The position numbers and the translations under genes were made by a program. 64,000 bases of DNA from positions 1,984,001-2,048,000 of the forward strand of contig CAVTRC010000001.1 in assembly GCA_963737065.1 (NCBI GenBank), given 5' to 3'. This DNA comes from Candidatus Eremiobacteria bacterium. GTDB taxonomy: Bacteria; Vulcanimicrobiota; Vulcanimicrobiia; Vulcanimicrobiales; Vulcanimicrobiaceae. Of the stretch, positions 29,072 to 39,419 are shown piece after piece. The notes under the pieces were generated by a model. It saw only the letters and a program-made list of their open reading frames with translations. It searched no databases and was not told the DNA's origin. Each line of letters opens with the position of its first letter. Within the stretch, counting starts at the first letter, position 1.

Positions 29072-31530
29072 TGCGGCACGAAATGGCTAGTCGCCGCACC
29101 GTCGATGTACTGACGGCCCTTGTGCCGGTCGTGCTCGCGTCGATCGTTCTGCTACCGTTTGCGCTGCGCAGCGGCATTCCCGGGCTGCACCACGATTGGC
29201 TTTGGCCTGCCGACGGGAACGGCTTCTGGCTGCGCTTCGTGCAAAATCTTTCCACGTGGAACCCATTCGGATTCGGGGGCGACCTGGATGCGCCGAGCGT
29301 GAACTATCTCGGGGCATGTTGGTTGCTGCTCTCCGGCGCAGGTCTTTCGCCGCAATGGGTGCTCGGGATCTTTCTCGTCGTGATCTTCGCACTCGGTCAA
29401 TGGGGTGTCTTTGCAGCGCTCGCGACGTTTGGAATTTCATTGCGCCGGTTCGAACGCAGCGCGTTGAGTTTTAGCTATGCGTTTGGTCCCGTCTGTTTCC
29501 AAAAGTTCGCAGCCGGTCACATCTATGTCGTCGCTGCCTACGAACTGTTGCCATTTTTTGTCGCTTCGGTTTGGCGCGCATTCCGCGGTGAAAGGGGTTG
29601 GCTGCGCGACGCGGTGCTAGCTGGATTGATTCTCTCCGTCATGGAGACGCAGATTCAGTTCCTCGGTTTCGGATTGATCGTCGCGCTGGTTTGCGGGTTG
29701 GCGGCATCGCGAAACGCCGCGCGATCCGTTGTAAGCTTTGTCATTATCGCGTTCGTCCCGCTTCTCCACGTCATCACGTTGCTGATGAACTTGGGCGGAC
29801 ATGAGACGGCCGGACTCGTAAGCCTGCATGCGACGCGGCAATGGGAACTCGACATGAGCGGCCGGTTTAGAGATCTGCTTCAACTACGGGGTTACGTGGG
29901 ATACGATTTGCAGACGCTCGCGCAAGCGCTTAAGCCGCTCTACTTTACCGGGCGCTTCGTCCTCGTCGCTAGTGCGTTCGCGGGCCTCCTTGTCGCATTT
30001 TTGACCCCCCGATTTCGCGCGGTTGGCGTGGCGAGCGCGTGCGTCGGGCTTTTTGCGCTGCTCTGGGCCAACGGGTGGTACGGCCCGCTGACCGCGCCGT
30101 TCGACTATGCGCTGCACCACACGATTGCCTTTACGATCGTGCGAGAGCTGTACCACGTCATGGCGCTCTACAGTTTCGCCGTCATCGTTCTAGCAGCGGT
30201 CGCGGCATCAATATCCAACCCCGCATGTTCGCGCACAATCGCGGCTGTCAGTGTTTTTTCCACGCTGCCCTTCGTCACGCTTGGTGCGAACCGTCTCGTG
30301 CCCGCCGTTCCGTCTGCACTCGGTAACACCAGGCAGTGTGCCGAAAGCACGAACCTGTGTCTGGAGTTGCCGATGCAGCAGCCTGTGGGCTTGACGTCGC
30401 AACCGCAAAGTGCGGGCACCGATCCAGCGACTCTCATCCCTAACAGTGCGAACGCCTCGTCGCCGCCGTACGTCTATTTTGCGTTGAAACGCTATAGTGC
30501 CGGCGACGGCCGCGAACTTGCTGAGCTCGGCGTCAGCGATGTGAAATCGCGTAACGACGTCGTTTCGCGCCTGCCCGCAATTTTTGAGCCGAATGTCGGC
30601 GCAAGCTTCAACGGCTTTGTTGCACGGGAACGCGCCTTGCATACTCGTGCGGCGCGCGACAAGCTGCCGGAATCAACTCCGCCCGCGTATGTCGAGCGTG
30701 AAGATGCGTACAGTTCGCTCGACGCGATTGCCGACGCGAGGCTTCCGACCGGATCCCCTGCGCTCTTCACATCATCGTTTGAGAATAACGACGTCAGGAA
30801 GTCGTGGGTTCTCGGAACGTTGTGGGCATGGCAGTTCCCCGATCTCATGGGTGTATCGGCACCCGAGCCGATTGTCAGCGAGTCTCATGCTCCGCTCGCG
30901 ATTCATCGAACGCAAGGTCATGAGCGCTGGTTGTACGTTCTACTCTCCGGAACGACGCCGATGTTGGACGGACGTTCACCGCTGCGAACGAGCCGCTCTT
31001 CAAATGGGTATTATTGGTGCGTCTGGCCCGTTGCCCGGAGCACGCGGTCCTTTGCCCTGATTGTTGGCGGAGCGAGAAAGGGCGTGGCTCGGGCAATGTT
31101 TTCCGACGTTTCGAATTGGTCCAATACGGTGGTAACGTCGCGCGTAGAGCGAACGATCGCGGTACCAACCTCGTGGGTATCGCCTTGGCGCGCCGAAGGA
31201 ACGTTCCCCAGCGAACATGACGCAACTGCAATGCAGTTCGTGCTCGCGCGAGCGTATTCTGCCAACTGGCGCCTCTTCGTCAACGGTCGCGATCTCGGGC
31301 CGCCGTCGCGCGTCCACGCGTTTTTCAACGGGTGGAGCGTACCGAGCGCCGTGCATGGGAGCCGCTTCGAGGTCGAGCGAGTTCAACAGCCGGCGGCGAA
31401 TCTGTGGAATATCGTGGCTACCGCGCTCGCCGTCGTCCTCTTTGTCTGGGTTGCTATGCCGCTCCGCGTAAAAAGCGCTGCCCGGGAAGCCACAGACAAA
31501 GCACAGCAACAATCGATGCAAGCAATGTGA
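29071..31530 (+). CDS. large polytopic membrane protein, GT-C-like (AftD/YfhO-like architecture)
   Basis: HHDW first loop, STWNP, many TM helices, large soluble domain, YSANW...FFNGW before a final TM helix. Confidence 0.6.
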   Translation: MRHEMASRRTVDVLTALVPVVLASIVLLPFALRSGIPGLHHDWLWPADGNGFWLRFVQNLSTWNPFGFGGDLDAPSVNYLGACWLLLSGAGLSPQWVLGIFLVVIFALGQWGVFAALATFGISLRRFERSALSFSYAFGPVCFQKFAAGHIYVVAAYELLPFFVASVWRAFRGERGWLRDAVLAGLILSVMETQIQFLGFGLIVALVCGLAASRNAARSVVSFVIIAFVPLLHVITLLMNLGGHETAGLVSLHATRQWELDMSGRFRDLLQLRGYVGYDLQTLAQALKPLYFTGRFVLVASAFAGLLVAFLTPRFRAVGVASACVGLFALLWANGWYGPLTAPFDYALHHTIAFTIVRELYHVMALYSFAVIVLAAVAASISNPACSRTIAAVSVFSTLPFVTLGANRLVPAVPSALGNTRQCAESTNLCLELPMQQPVGLTSQPQSAGTDPATLIPNSANASSPPYVYFALKRYSAGDGRELAELGVSDVKSRNDVVSRLPAIFEPNVGASFNGFVARERALHTRAARDKLPESTPPAYVEREDAYSSLDAIADARLPTGSPALFTSSFENNDVRKSWVLGTLWAWQFPDLMGVSAPEPIVSESHAPLAIHRTQGHERWLYVLLSGTTPMLDGRSPLRTSRSSNGYYWCVWPVARSTRSFALIVGGARKGVARAMFSDVSNWSNTVVTSRVERTIAVPTSWVSPWRAEGTFPSEHDATAMQFVLARAYSANWRLFVNGRDLGPPSRVHAFFNGWSVPSAVHGSRFEVERVQQPAANLWNIVATALAVVLFVWVAMPLRVKSAAREATDKAQQQSMQAM

Positions 31531-34500
31531 TCGTAAATCCCGCGCGCACGGCCTGAGGAAGCCGGTGATAAATCCGGTACCGTCCCGGTGCTACGCTAAC
31601 GTAACACGTGCAGACCAGGTCGCATCGATTCCCGAACACCGTCCCGGAAGACCCGGCAAGTGCCCAGTTCCCGTCATCCAAGTGCGCTAGTTTCAGGTCG
31701 GTGCGTGCGGGCACGGAGACGTCGTAACGAATTGCCGCCGTTTGCTTCAAGGAGATTGCAGTTGACTGCGGAGGCGAGAAGCGCCACGGCACGAACGCAA
31801 CGAACGCGCTTTCCGCGGGCATTCGCGTGAACGTAATGGTGTGCGCGCCGCTCGATCGCATCTCGATTCGCGCACTTCCCGCGATGCGCCGGCCATCGAT
31901 CGAAATCGGAGCAGTCGACATGTACCGGTCGCGGCGAGAGAGGAGGTAAAGGCGATACGATCCCCTCGGCAGAGACAGCTTCCGTTCACCGTCGAACGAT
32001 TCGCGCGGGATGTTGAAGAATATCCGCCGGATCGTCAACGGTCTGTCGTGCCACGCAATGCGAAGCGTGCAAGATGCGCCGTTTGCGGGAACGGACAGTC
32101 CTTCGCCGACGTTTTGCAAAACGCGCAACGCATTCTGCTTAGTACCGCAACGCATCGCTGCCTGGGCGTATCCGTCGCCGTCCACGCCGAGGAATCCGGC
32201 AACGACCGCGGATGAATATCGCACGGCCGGTATCTGTATCGTCAGCACGTTTCCATTGCGTCCGGTGAGGCCGTTGGACGAAAGTGAGTCTTTGGCGAAC
32301 GCCGAGAACCCGGATGTCTGCGAAAGCGCTGAAGCTCCGGCGGGGAAGTCGACGTCTCCGGAAACGAGGCCGGTATCGGCGGAGAACAACGCGACGCGCC
32401 CGGTTCCCCTCATGGCCGTGATTCGCTGAATTTCTCCGCTGACGCGAACGCCTTGTCCGTTTGGCAGCGTGATGACTTCACCGTGGCGGAGAAATCTCTG
32501 TTCCGCGAACCGAACGCTTTTGTGCAGGCGCTCTTGCGGCCGAATTATCTCGCCCACGATCGTAATGGTTCCGCTCGCGCCGTTCCAATGCAACGGTGAA
32601 GACGGTGCGCCGCGGTCGAGAAGGACGGTTCGCGCCGCGTATGGCGTTGCGGCGTCGCCGGTGAAGTGGCTGGTACTAAACGTATAAATATCCGATGCGG
32701 ACGCAGCGATCGTTTTTCGCTGATCCGACCGGCCCGGCACGATAGCTCCATCGAGCGCAAGGCCGCCCGCGAAGGACAAAACGTTTGCGGGGCGCGTGTC
32801 GTCAATTGAGAACGAGAGTTGTGCCGGTCTGCATTTCGGCAACGGTTCCGGTGTACGAACGGTTAGCCAGCGAAATCCGCGGAAAGGCAGAACCCGCACG
32901 GTCGACTCGCTGGTGCCGCAGCGTACGCTGAGCGTTACATACGCGTGGGAGGCGAGATGGAGCGCAATGCGCGAGCCGTTCCCGCTCGCCGCCGGCGGCA
33001 ACAAGATCGTTGTACCGTCGTCGATCCGAACTGCAGCGGGTGCAAACAGCGGGCTCTCGCCGTCGATAGAGTTTCGATACCATGCCTGGTTCAGCAGCTC
33101 TCTACCGGGATCGAAGCGATAATCGGCATCACGCACGCTCGGACACGCTCGGCATAGTACGCTTCCGGAGGCGGCCCATTGCGCCGAGCGAAGCGCCGCG
33201 TCGTACGCGTCGCGACCGCTGATGATGTGAAATGCGCAATCGCCGTTCGGCTCGGCAAGATCGACGTTCGCGAGGATGTTCCATGCGAGCAGACGGTCTA
33301 CCAATCCGGGACCGCCGGTAAGACAGGCGATGTGCGTGCCCTTGATCATCGGATTTGCGTTCAGCGCAAACACTCGAACGTTCTCGTGACTTCGAAAGAT
33401 TTCACGCGTCGCCGGCGCGCGATCGAAGAGCGCGCCGAAGTCGGGATATCCGTCCGCATCACTCGCGGCCCACGGCGGCGTTGTAATGACCGTCTTCACC
33501 GAAGCTCTGGGGAGCACGCCGGTAAGTGCAACGCCGTCATCACCATATCGCGCAGCGAGATCAGCGAGCCCGGAGATAATCGCTGTCGGGACGCCGTACG
33601 ACGGATAGTCTCCCGTGGAGCCGCCGTTCAATTCGGTATACGGAGCCGTGCGAGGACCGATGTCGGAGACGATGCGGTTGACTTGTTCGAGCGCCGGCTC
33701 TTCCGCACCGTAATCTTGCTGATTCGTCCAGACCTGCTGGACGACCGCAACATACGACGTCGCAAGAAGAACGATCGCCAGTATTATCGGGGCTATCATG
33801 CGTTGAGATCGGATTTCCATTGAAAAGCGTCGGACGCCATCAACGGACAGTATGACGATCGCGAGAATCGGAAGGGTGACGAAGCGGTCCGGTGTGCGTA
33901 TCGCGTTGATGACGGGAAGCAAACCGAAAGCACGCCAGATCGTTTCGCCACCGGGAAGTAGCGCGCAAACGCTGAGAAATCCCATGATCAAAACGACGCT
34001 GGCGGCGACTGCGGCCGCCGGGCGCTTCAGCGATTGTTTGTTATGCAAGAATCCTATAATCGCAAAGAGCCAAAGGCTGGTGCCCGCGATAACGGCAATC
34101 GGAAGCTGGCCGGTGGCATTATACAGCGACACCGGAGAAAGAAGTGCTTCGCGCAGGATGAGTCCCGCATAGGAGGGGACGTCTTCGCTATACCACTGAA
34201 CGAAGCTCGCGTTTACAAGCGATTCGCGTCTGACCGACGAATCGCTAAAGACGTGGTTGTTCAAGGTCGGTACGACGAAGTACGCACCGAATGCAACCGT
34301 GACCAGGATGCCGGTCAGTGACAATGCAAACCATCGTGCTCGCGGTGTGCGGACGAAGGCGTACGACGCGAGTATCGCGTACGCTGGGAACGAAAGGAAG
34401 AACGCATATTCGACCGCACTGCAGTAGCCGCAGATCGCGCAGATGACGCCGCAGAGCGGCAACGCATTCGCGCCCAGCCTGCGGATGAGAGCCACTCCGG

Positions 34501-35029
34501 CCGCTAAACACGCAGGTGCGAGAACCGTGGGCCAGCCGAGATCGAGGTTTCCGCGCGGCATCAGTATCACTGCGGGAACGACCGCATACAAGGTCCCGGT
34601 GGCCAAACTCCAGAGCCGCGACCAACCGAACAAACGAACGAGCCAATACGTCGCAGCGCATGCGATCGCCGTTTGCGCGAGTTCCAGGAACTTGATGCTG
34701 GCCCACGTGCTGTTCACCAGGTCGGCGATGGGAACGATCGCGATATACGACGTGTAGGCGTTGTACATGAAAAACGGCTGATCCCACCACGCGCTCCAGC
34801 CCAGCATATCGATGAAATCGCGTGGAGTGTGGATGGTGTTCCGCATGTATTCAGCGACGATGAAGTTTACGCCGAGGTCTTTTGCGTAGAGTCCCGGCAG
34901 CCCCGGAAACCAATAGAACATCCACGCGCGCACGAAGGCTGCAATGCCGAACGCGGCGAGTACGGCCGCAATGGCAAGGCGTTCGGGCGGCACGCGATGG
35001 AATATCGAGCCGCGTACGCGTTCTAGCAT
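31454..35029 (-). CDS. very large polytopic membrane protein, GT-C-like (YfhO/PTPS-related architecture)
   Basis: YAKDL first loop, WWDQPFFMYN, about 13 TM helices, IRTPDRF, long beta-rich extracytoplasmic region, DDGNW and final TM. Confidence 0.6.
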   Translation of the reverse strand: MLERVRGSIFHRVPPERLAIAAVLAAFGIAAFVRAWMFYWFPGLPGLYAKDLGVNFIVAEYMRNTIHTPRDFIDMLGWSAWWDQPFFMYNAYTSYIAIVPIADLVNSTWASIKFLELAQTAIACAATYWLVRLFGWSRLWSLATGTLYAVVPAVILMPRGNLDLGWPTVLAPACLAAGVALIRRLGANALPLCGVICAICGYCSAVEYAFFLSFPAYAILASYAFVRTPRARWFALSLTGILVTVAFGAYFVVPTLNNHVFSDSSVRRESLVNASFVQWYSEDVPSYAGLILREALLSPVSLYNATGQLPIAVIAGTSLWLFAIIGFLHNKQSLKRPAAAVAASVVLIMGFLSVCALLPGGETIWRAFGLLPVINAIRTPDRFVTLPILAIVILSVDGVRRFSMEIRSQRMIAPIILAIVLLATSYVAVVQQVWTNQQDYGAEEPALEQVNRIVSDIGPRTAPYTELNGGSTGDYPSYGVPTAIISGLADLAARYGDDGVALTGVLPRASVKTVITTPPWAASDADGYPDFGALFDRAPATREIFRSHENVRVFALNANPMIKGTHIACLTGGPGLVDRLLAWNILANVDLAEPNGDCAFHIISGRDAYDAALRSAQWAASGSVLCRACPSVRDADYRFDPGRELLNQAWYRNSIDGESPLFAPAAVRIDDGTTILLPPAASGNGSRIALHLASHAYVTLSVRCGTSESTVRVLPFRGFRWLTVRTPEPLPKCRPAQLSFSIDDTRPANVLSFAGGLALDGAIVPGRSDQRKTIAASASDIYTFSTSHFTGDAATPYAARTVLLDRGAPSSPLHWNGASGTITIVGEIIRPQERLHKSVRFAEQRFLRHGEVITLPNGQGVRVSGEIQRITAMRGTGRVALFSADTGLVSGDVDFPAGASALSQTSGFSAFAKDSLSSNGLTGRNGNVLTIQIPAVRYSSAVVAGFLGVDGDGYAQAAMRCGTKQNALRVLQNVGEGLSVPANGASCTLRIAWHDRPLTIRRIFFNIPRESFDGERKLSLPRGSYRLYLLSRRDRYMSTAPISIDGRRIAGSARIEMRSSGAHTITFTRMPAESAFVAFVPWRFSPPQSTAISLKQTAAIRYDVSVPARTDLKLAHLDDGNWALAGSSGTVFGNRCDLVCTCYVSVAPGRYRIYHRLPQAVRAGFTITLLASIVAVLCLWLPGQRFLRGAA

Positions 35030-35034
35030 CAGCG

Positions 35035-35964
35035 TTAGTCGCTTCGCCGTAAAACGAATGCTGCTTGATCGCCTCGAGCCTGTGCGTTGAGACGCCGGGC
35101 GGCAAACTCCGCGGGAATCGATGTAACCATTCGCATCAGCGTGCGGGCCGGTGAGGCGCGAAACGCATGAACGAGAGAATCGCCCTTGGCGTACGCTTCG
35201 CTCACCGAGAACTGCATTGAGGTAGAATCATACTCGACCCGCGTGACACTGAATCCACCGCGTTCAGCGGCGCGATGCATCCCGCGTTCTGTTGGAACAG
35301 CGAGGTGCCGTGGCGCGTCGAGAGCCCACCAGTGCTCGCGATACTTTTCCCATGCATAATTCGCAACCGGAATTCGGACGAGTATCGCGCCGTCCGCTTC
35401 GAGGAGCTTCGCCGCTGTTTGCAATGTTTCGACCGGATCGGCAACGTGCTCCAGCGAGTGATGAAACATGACGATGCCGGCGGAGCCCGCATACTGCGCG
35501 CGCTGCGCTACCCTCTCCAGCCCTTCGCGAAGAACGGTTTCTCCGCGCGTATCGGCCGATGCAGAAAGGTACGGGTCAACGCCGAGAACGTCGCTACATC
35601 CGAGTGCGCGTAATCCGCGCAGTAATTTGCCTGAGCCGCTGCCGACATCTATGATGCGTGTAGCGTTCGTTACCGTCGCGCCGCCGGCGCGAAGGATGGC
35701 GAGATACTTCTTCGCCATGTTTCGAAACGCGGTGCGGTCCATGTACCCGAGAACGCCGCTGCGGTCAGCGGCATACGAATAGTAGGCGTCGCCATAGTAC
35801 GGTGCAAGGTCCAATCCCGCATCCGCAATATACAACGATTTGCACTCCGCGCACACCAAATACTCGAATGCCGTGCCCATTCCAAAGTGATGCTCGCGAA
35901 CGGTGACGCTTTCGAAAACGCGCGACGCACCGCAGAACGGGCATCCGTGACGCGACCCTTCCAC
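35035..35964 (-). CDS. class I SAM-dependent methyltransferase with N-terminal Cys4 zinc ribbon
   Basis: CPFC...CAEC; IIDVGSGSG; FHHSLEHV; DAPRH. Confidence 0.85.
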   Translation of the reverse strand: MEGSRHGCPFCGASRVFESVTVREHHFGMGTAFEYLVCAECKSLYIADAGLDLAPYYGDAYYSYAADRSGVLGYMDRTAFRNMAKKYLAILRAGGATVTNATRIIDVGSGSGKLLRGLRALGCSDVLGVDPYLSASADTRGETVLREGLERVAQRAQYAGSAGIVMFHHSLEHVADPVETLQTAAKLLEADGAILVRIPVANYAWEKYREHWWALDAPRHLAVPTERGMHRAAERGGFSVTRVEYDSTSMQFSVSEAYAKGDSLVHAFRASPARTLMRMVTSIPAEFAARRLNAQARGDQAAFVLRRSD

Positions 35965-36007
35965 GGGCGCTACGTACGACGAACGATTTGCGGCATCCGC
36001 CCGTCCG

Positions 36008-36787
36008 TCACGTGCGCGTAAGCGGGCGTTTTGCGACGCAAACGATCCCGTCGCACCAATCCATCTCGATCATGGGACAAACAATCATGCGCGGAACCAA
36101 AAATGCGAGCCGTTGGAAAGACCATGCGTAAAACGTGCGATGGACCGCCACTTCGCCAAACGTAAGCCGAAGGATCGCATATAGGTCGTACCACGGATAT
36201 GCTTGCACGTGCGTGAAGTCGCGGTGAATTCCGGCGGGTGAAACCGGATTCGGCACGGACATGCACAACGATCCGCCGGCAGTAATGCGCCTCCCAACCG
36301 GTGAGAGGATGTTGCTATACCACTCATCCGCCGTCATATGTTCGGCTACTTCGCTTGCGATCACGACGTCAATCTTCACCGGGATTGCGACGATGGAGTC
36401 GACGCGTTCGTATGGGCCGCTGACGTCAGGATCGCGCTCCAGCCCGAAATACCGGGCGATTCGTTTGCCCAAGACCGTTTGCAGATGGAGCGCCAGCGCA
36501 CCGTTCCCGGGTCCGATTTCCAAGACATTGACGATCCGGGTCGATTCGCGTATCAGTTTTTCCGCGAACCGCCAGATCGGAGGATAGTTCGAGATCGACA
36601 GCGGCCCCAGTCGCATTCGCGCGTTCGGCGACGAACGGGCGGCCACGCGCGGGAACACGATTTTTGCGGGCGGCCCGAAGATGACGCTGAGCTCGTTGGC
36701 CTTATATCGCTGCAGCGCCTCGGCGCGGAAGGCCATTACTTCGTGGTAACGATCTGCAAGCGCACTATCGAATTGCGACGATGACAC
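36008..36787 (-). CDS. class I SAM-dependent methyltransferase-like protein
   Basis: VLEIGPGNG, SEVAEHM, SVPNP, DFTH; start uncertain (36787 GTG or 36736 ATG). Confidence 0.7.
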   Translation of the reverse strand: MSSSQFDSALADRYHEVMAFRAEALQRYKANELSVIFGPPAKIVFPRVAARSSPNARMRLGPLSISNYPPIWRFAEKLIRESTRIVNVLEIGPGNGALALHLQTVLGKRIARYFGLERDPDVSGPYERVDSIVAIPVKIDVVIASEVAEHMTADEWYSNILSPVGRRITAGGSLCMSVPNPVSPAGIHRDFTHVQAYPWYDLYAILRLTFGEVAVHRTFYAWSFQRLAFLVPRMIVCPMIEMDWCDGIVCVAKRPLTRT

Positions 36788-36877
36788 GGCTTGCCGAGGT
36801 TCGGCCGCACAAGGCCGCACCCCTATTCTGGAGGCTTGCAGGACATTCTCAGTGAGGATACGTTAAGCTCGTCCTTG

Positions 36878-38320
36878 ATGATGATGAAGCACCCATTCAT
36901 TGCGGCTGCGCTTTTGTGCACGGTACTGTTCGCCGGATGCGGCGGCGGGTCGTCAGGCGGGAGCACTCTGCCGAACGCCACGATCCCTCCGCGGGATATC
37001 AACGTCCAAGCAATTTGTCCGGAGCCGACTCCATCAACGCCGACCGACGATTGGGTGACGCTGGGTCATGACCCGCTCAAGTCCGGATGCCAGCCGCAAT
37101 ACATGGGATTGAGCACGTCGAACGTTTCAAAGTTGAAGCTTCACTGGAAGTATTCCACCGCCGATCAAATCATCGGCGGCCCGGTGGTCGCGAACGGATC
37201 TCTGTATGTCGCGACGCTCAATAGAGGGACCGTTTTTGCGCTGCAGGCGTTGACCGGCAAGTTTCTGTGGTCGACGCAACTTGGTGGTCCCGGCGTCGAA
37301 GTACGAATGATTCCGGCATACGATCATGGGATGCTTTTCGTCGGAACACACAATTTTGTATACGATACGTATGACGACGATTACGATCCGACCGCCTCGA
37401 ACTTGTACGCACTCAACGCCGCGACCGGCAAAATTCTCTGGTATGCGGGAGTTCCGGGGCCGATTCGCTCCACACCCGCCGTAGTGAACGGCAAAGTATT
37501 CGTCGGCGTCGCAGGCGGCGATACGCCGACGTGTACGCAAGGCGGCGTGCGTGAGTTCGACGAGAAAACCGGAGCGCCCGGATGGGTCTTCAATGTCGAT
37601 CCGGTCGCCCACGATGGCGGGTCCGTTTGGTCTCCGATTTCCTTCGATGGTACGCATCTGGTCTTCGGAACCGGGAACACGTGCATGAATTCGGTGCTCA
37701 CCGCGAATGGTGTGGTCGCGCTCGATCCCGCGTCCGGTCAGATCATTTGGCAGTACAACACCTACAACCCGACGGAAGACTACGATGTGGGTAGCGGCCC
37801 AACGATCCTTCACGGTGAAGCGATTGCGCTCAGTAAGAGTGGTACATTGGTGTACCTGGACCAAACTTCCGGCGGCCTAACGGCATCGCAGAAATTCGGC
37901 ACTTACGCGGCGGGCGCCGGCTATTCCACGGCTGCGACCGATGGTCGATATATATTCGTGCGCGTTGGGAACTATGGCGCGGCGGCGAGCGGCACCTCAT
38001 CGCAGCAGCGCGCGCGCCCGTTCTTCGGACGAGTGACGTCCGCAGGATCATCGGGCGGCGGAGCGTTGGTTGCGCTCGACCTCGCGGGCCGAATCGTATG
38101 GACGCATCCGACGCAAACGATCACGTCCAATTCCGTTGCCATCAATGCGGGCGTCGTCTACGCCAACTTAGATAACGCGCTCGTCGCGCTCGATGCGTCT
38201 AACGGGCAGACGTTGTGGTCGTACTCTTTGTCGGGGGCTGCGACGGCATCTCCGGCGGTCGTGCCGAGCGGGATTTATACGGCCGACCAAAGTGGAACGA
38301 TTTATGCGTTTGGACTTTGA
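36878..38320 (+). CDS. PQQ-binding-like beta-propeller lipoprotein
   Basis: Lipobox LFAGC; repeated AL(N/D)AxTGxxxW motifs; GGSVWSP, GTGN, DYDVGSGP. Confidence 0.8.
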   Translation: MMMKHPFIAAALLCTVLFAGCGGGSSGGSTLPNATIPPRDINVQAICPEPTPSTPTDDWVTLGHDPLKSGCQPQYMGLSTSNVSKLKLHWKYSTADQIIGGPVVANGSLYVATLNRGTVFALQALTGKFLWSTQLGGPGVEVRMIPAYDHGMLFVGTHNFVYDTYDDDYDPTASNLYALNAATGKILWYAGVPGPIRSTPAVVNGKVFVGVAGGDTPTCTQGGVREFDEKTGAPGWVFNVDPVAHDGGSVWSPISFDGTHLVFGTGNTCMNSVLTANGVVALDPASGQIIWQYNTYNPTEDYDVGSGPTILHGEAIALSKSGTLVYLDQTSGGLTASQKFGTYAAGAGYSTAATDGRYIFVRVGNYGAAASGTSSQQRARPFFGRVTSAGSSGGGALVALDLAGRIVWTHPTQTITSNSVAINAGVVYANLDNALVALDASNGQTLWSYSLSGAATASPAVVPSGIYTADQSGTIYAFGL

Positions 38321-39315
38321 TGGTAGACGCTTGTAAAAACTCGTTCTGCCGCGTCGACAACATTTGCGTCACCGGTATAGAGTCCGGAATAATACAAGCC
38401 TAAGATCACTGAGGTGTAGTCGATTGCATATGGTTGTCCGTTGACCATGTGCGTTCCGCCGGTTCGTGTGTTTTGCGACTCGTCCACTCTGCCACTTCGT
38501 CCAATCGCGGCGACCTCGCGATTCGTTGCGGCGGTAAGAGCGGTCCGCACGTTAGCGGCCGGTTGCAGCAGCGCGAAGTATGTGAGATGCAGGACCGATA
38601 CGCCCTGGTAACTCGAGTCGAATCCGTTCTCTTCCAGCAGCGTGCCATCTTCGCGTTGCTTCGCTAAGGCTTGCCGTATAAAATCATTTGCCGGATGCAT
38701 CAATGATGGATCGTGAAGAACGGCTGAAGCGTACGCAAAGGCGCATGCGTCGACAATGAGGCGGTTCACGGCAGGAGCGTCGAACTTCGCCAATCGCGCA
38801 AGACGATCTTGGTTGTTCAACCACGCCACGTTCCGGCGAATCGAAGGAACGACCGAACGAATGCGCTGCGCGTATTGCGATGCGAGCGGGCTTTGTTCCA
38901 GAACGACGACTGCGTGAGTGACGGCTTCGATCCAGAATGCCATCTCCGCCTCGTTCATCGTTCGGCCCGGCGCAGTATCGAAGCTTCCGTCACTTTGCAG
39001 ATGAGACAATGAAAGGTCGATCGCTTTCCAGCCGTTGTCGACCTTTGCACGGTCGCTTTCTGCGGCACCAACCCAAATAAGCGGGATCGCGACCCGCTGA
39101 TACACGATGTCGGTCCAGTGGCCGCGATTGAGTTGCATCGCGCCCTCACTGTCCGGCATAGCATTCGCGGTGAGTCGATCGAGCACGGACGCGGGAATTT
39201 TCCTCAGCAGCTGATACTCGTTCGGCGGATCGCCGGGCGGGTTCGCGCTCGCGGAGAACGGTGTCGAACTCGCAACAGTCGCAACGAAAGTGAGCAGAAA
39301 CAACAACAAACGCAT
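38302..39315 (-). CDS. hypothetical secreted, largely helical protein
   Basis: Signal peptide MRLLLFLLTFVATVA; QSDGSF / QREDGT repeats and GFDSSYQG; no recognised family. Confidence 0.65.
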   Translation of the reverse strand: MRLLLFLLTFVATVASSTPFSASANPPGDPPNEYQLLRKIPASVLDRLTANAMPDSEGAMQLNRGHWTDIVYQRVAIPLIWVGAAESDRAKVDNGWKAIDLSLSHLQSDGSFDTAPGRTMNEAEMAFWIEAVTHAVVVLEQSPLASQYAQRIRSVVPSIRRNVAWLNNQDRLARLAKFDAPAVNRLIVDACAFAYASAVLHDPSLMHPANDFIRQALAKQREDGTLLEENGFDSSYQGVSVLHLTYFALLQPAANVRTALTAATNREVAAIGRSGRVDESQNTRTGGTHMVNGQPYAIDYTSVILGLYYSGLYTGDANVVDAAERVFTSVYHQSPNA

Positions 39316-39419
39316 GGTAAGCCTCGATCAGTAGCCGTTTGCAGTTTGCGGGGCCGAAGGGAAAACCCCCGTATGCTGTTAAAACGAGCGCCGATTCGCT
39401 TACGTTCCAGGATAGCTGT

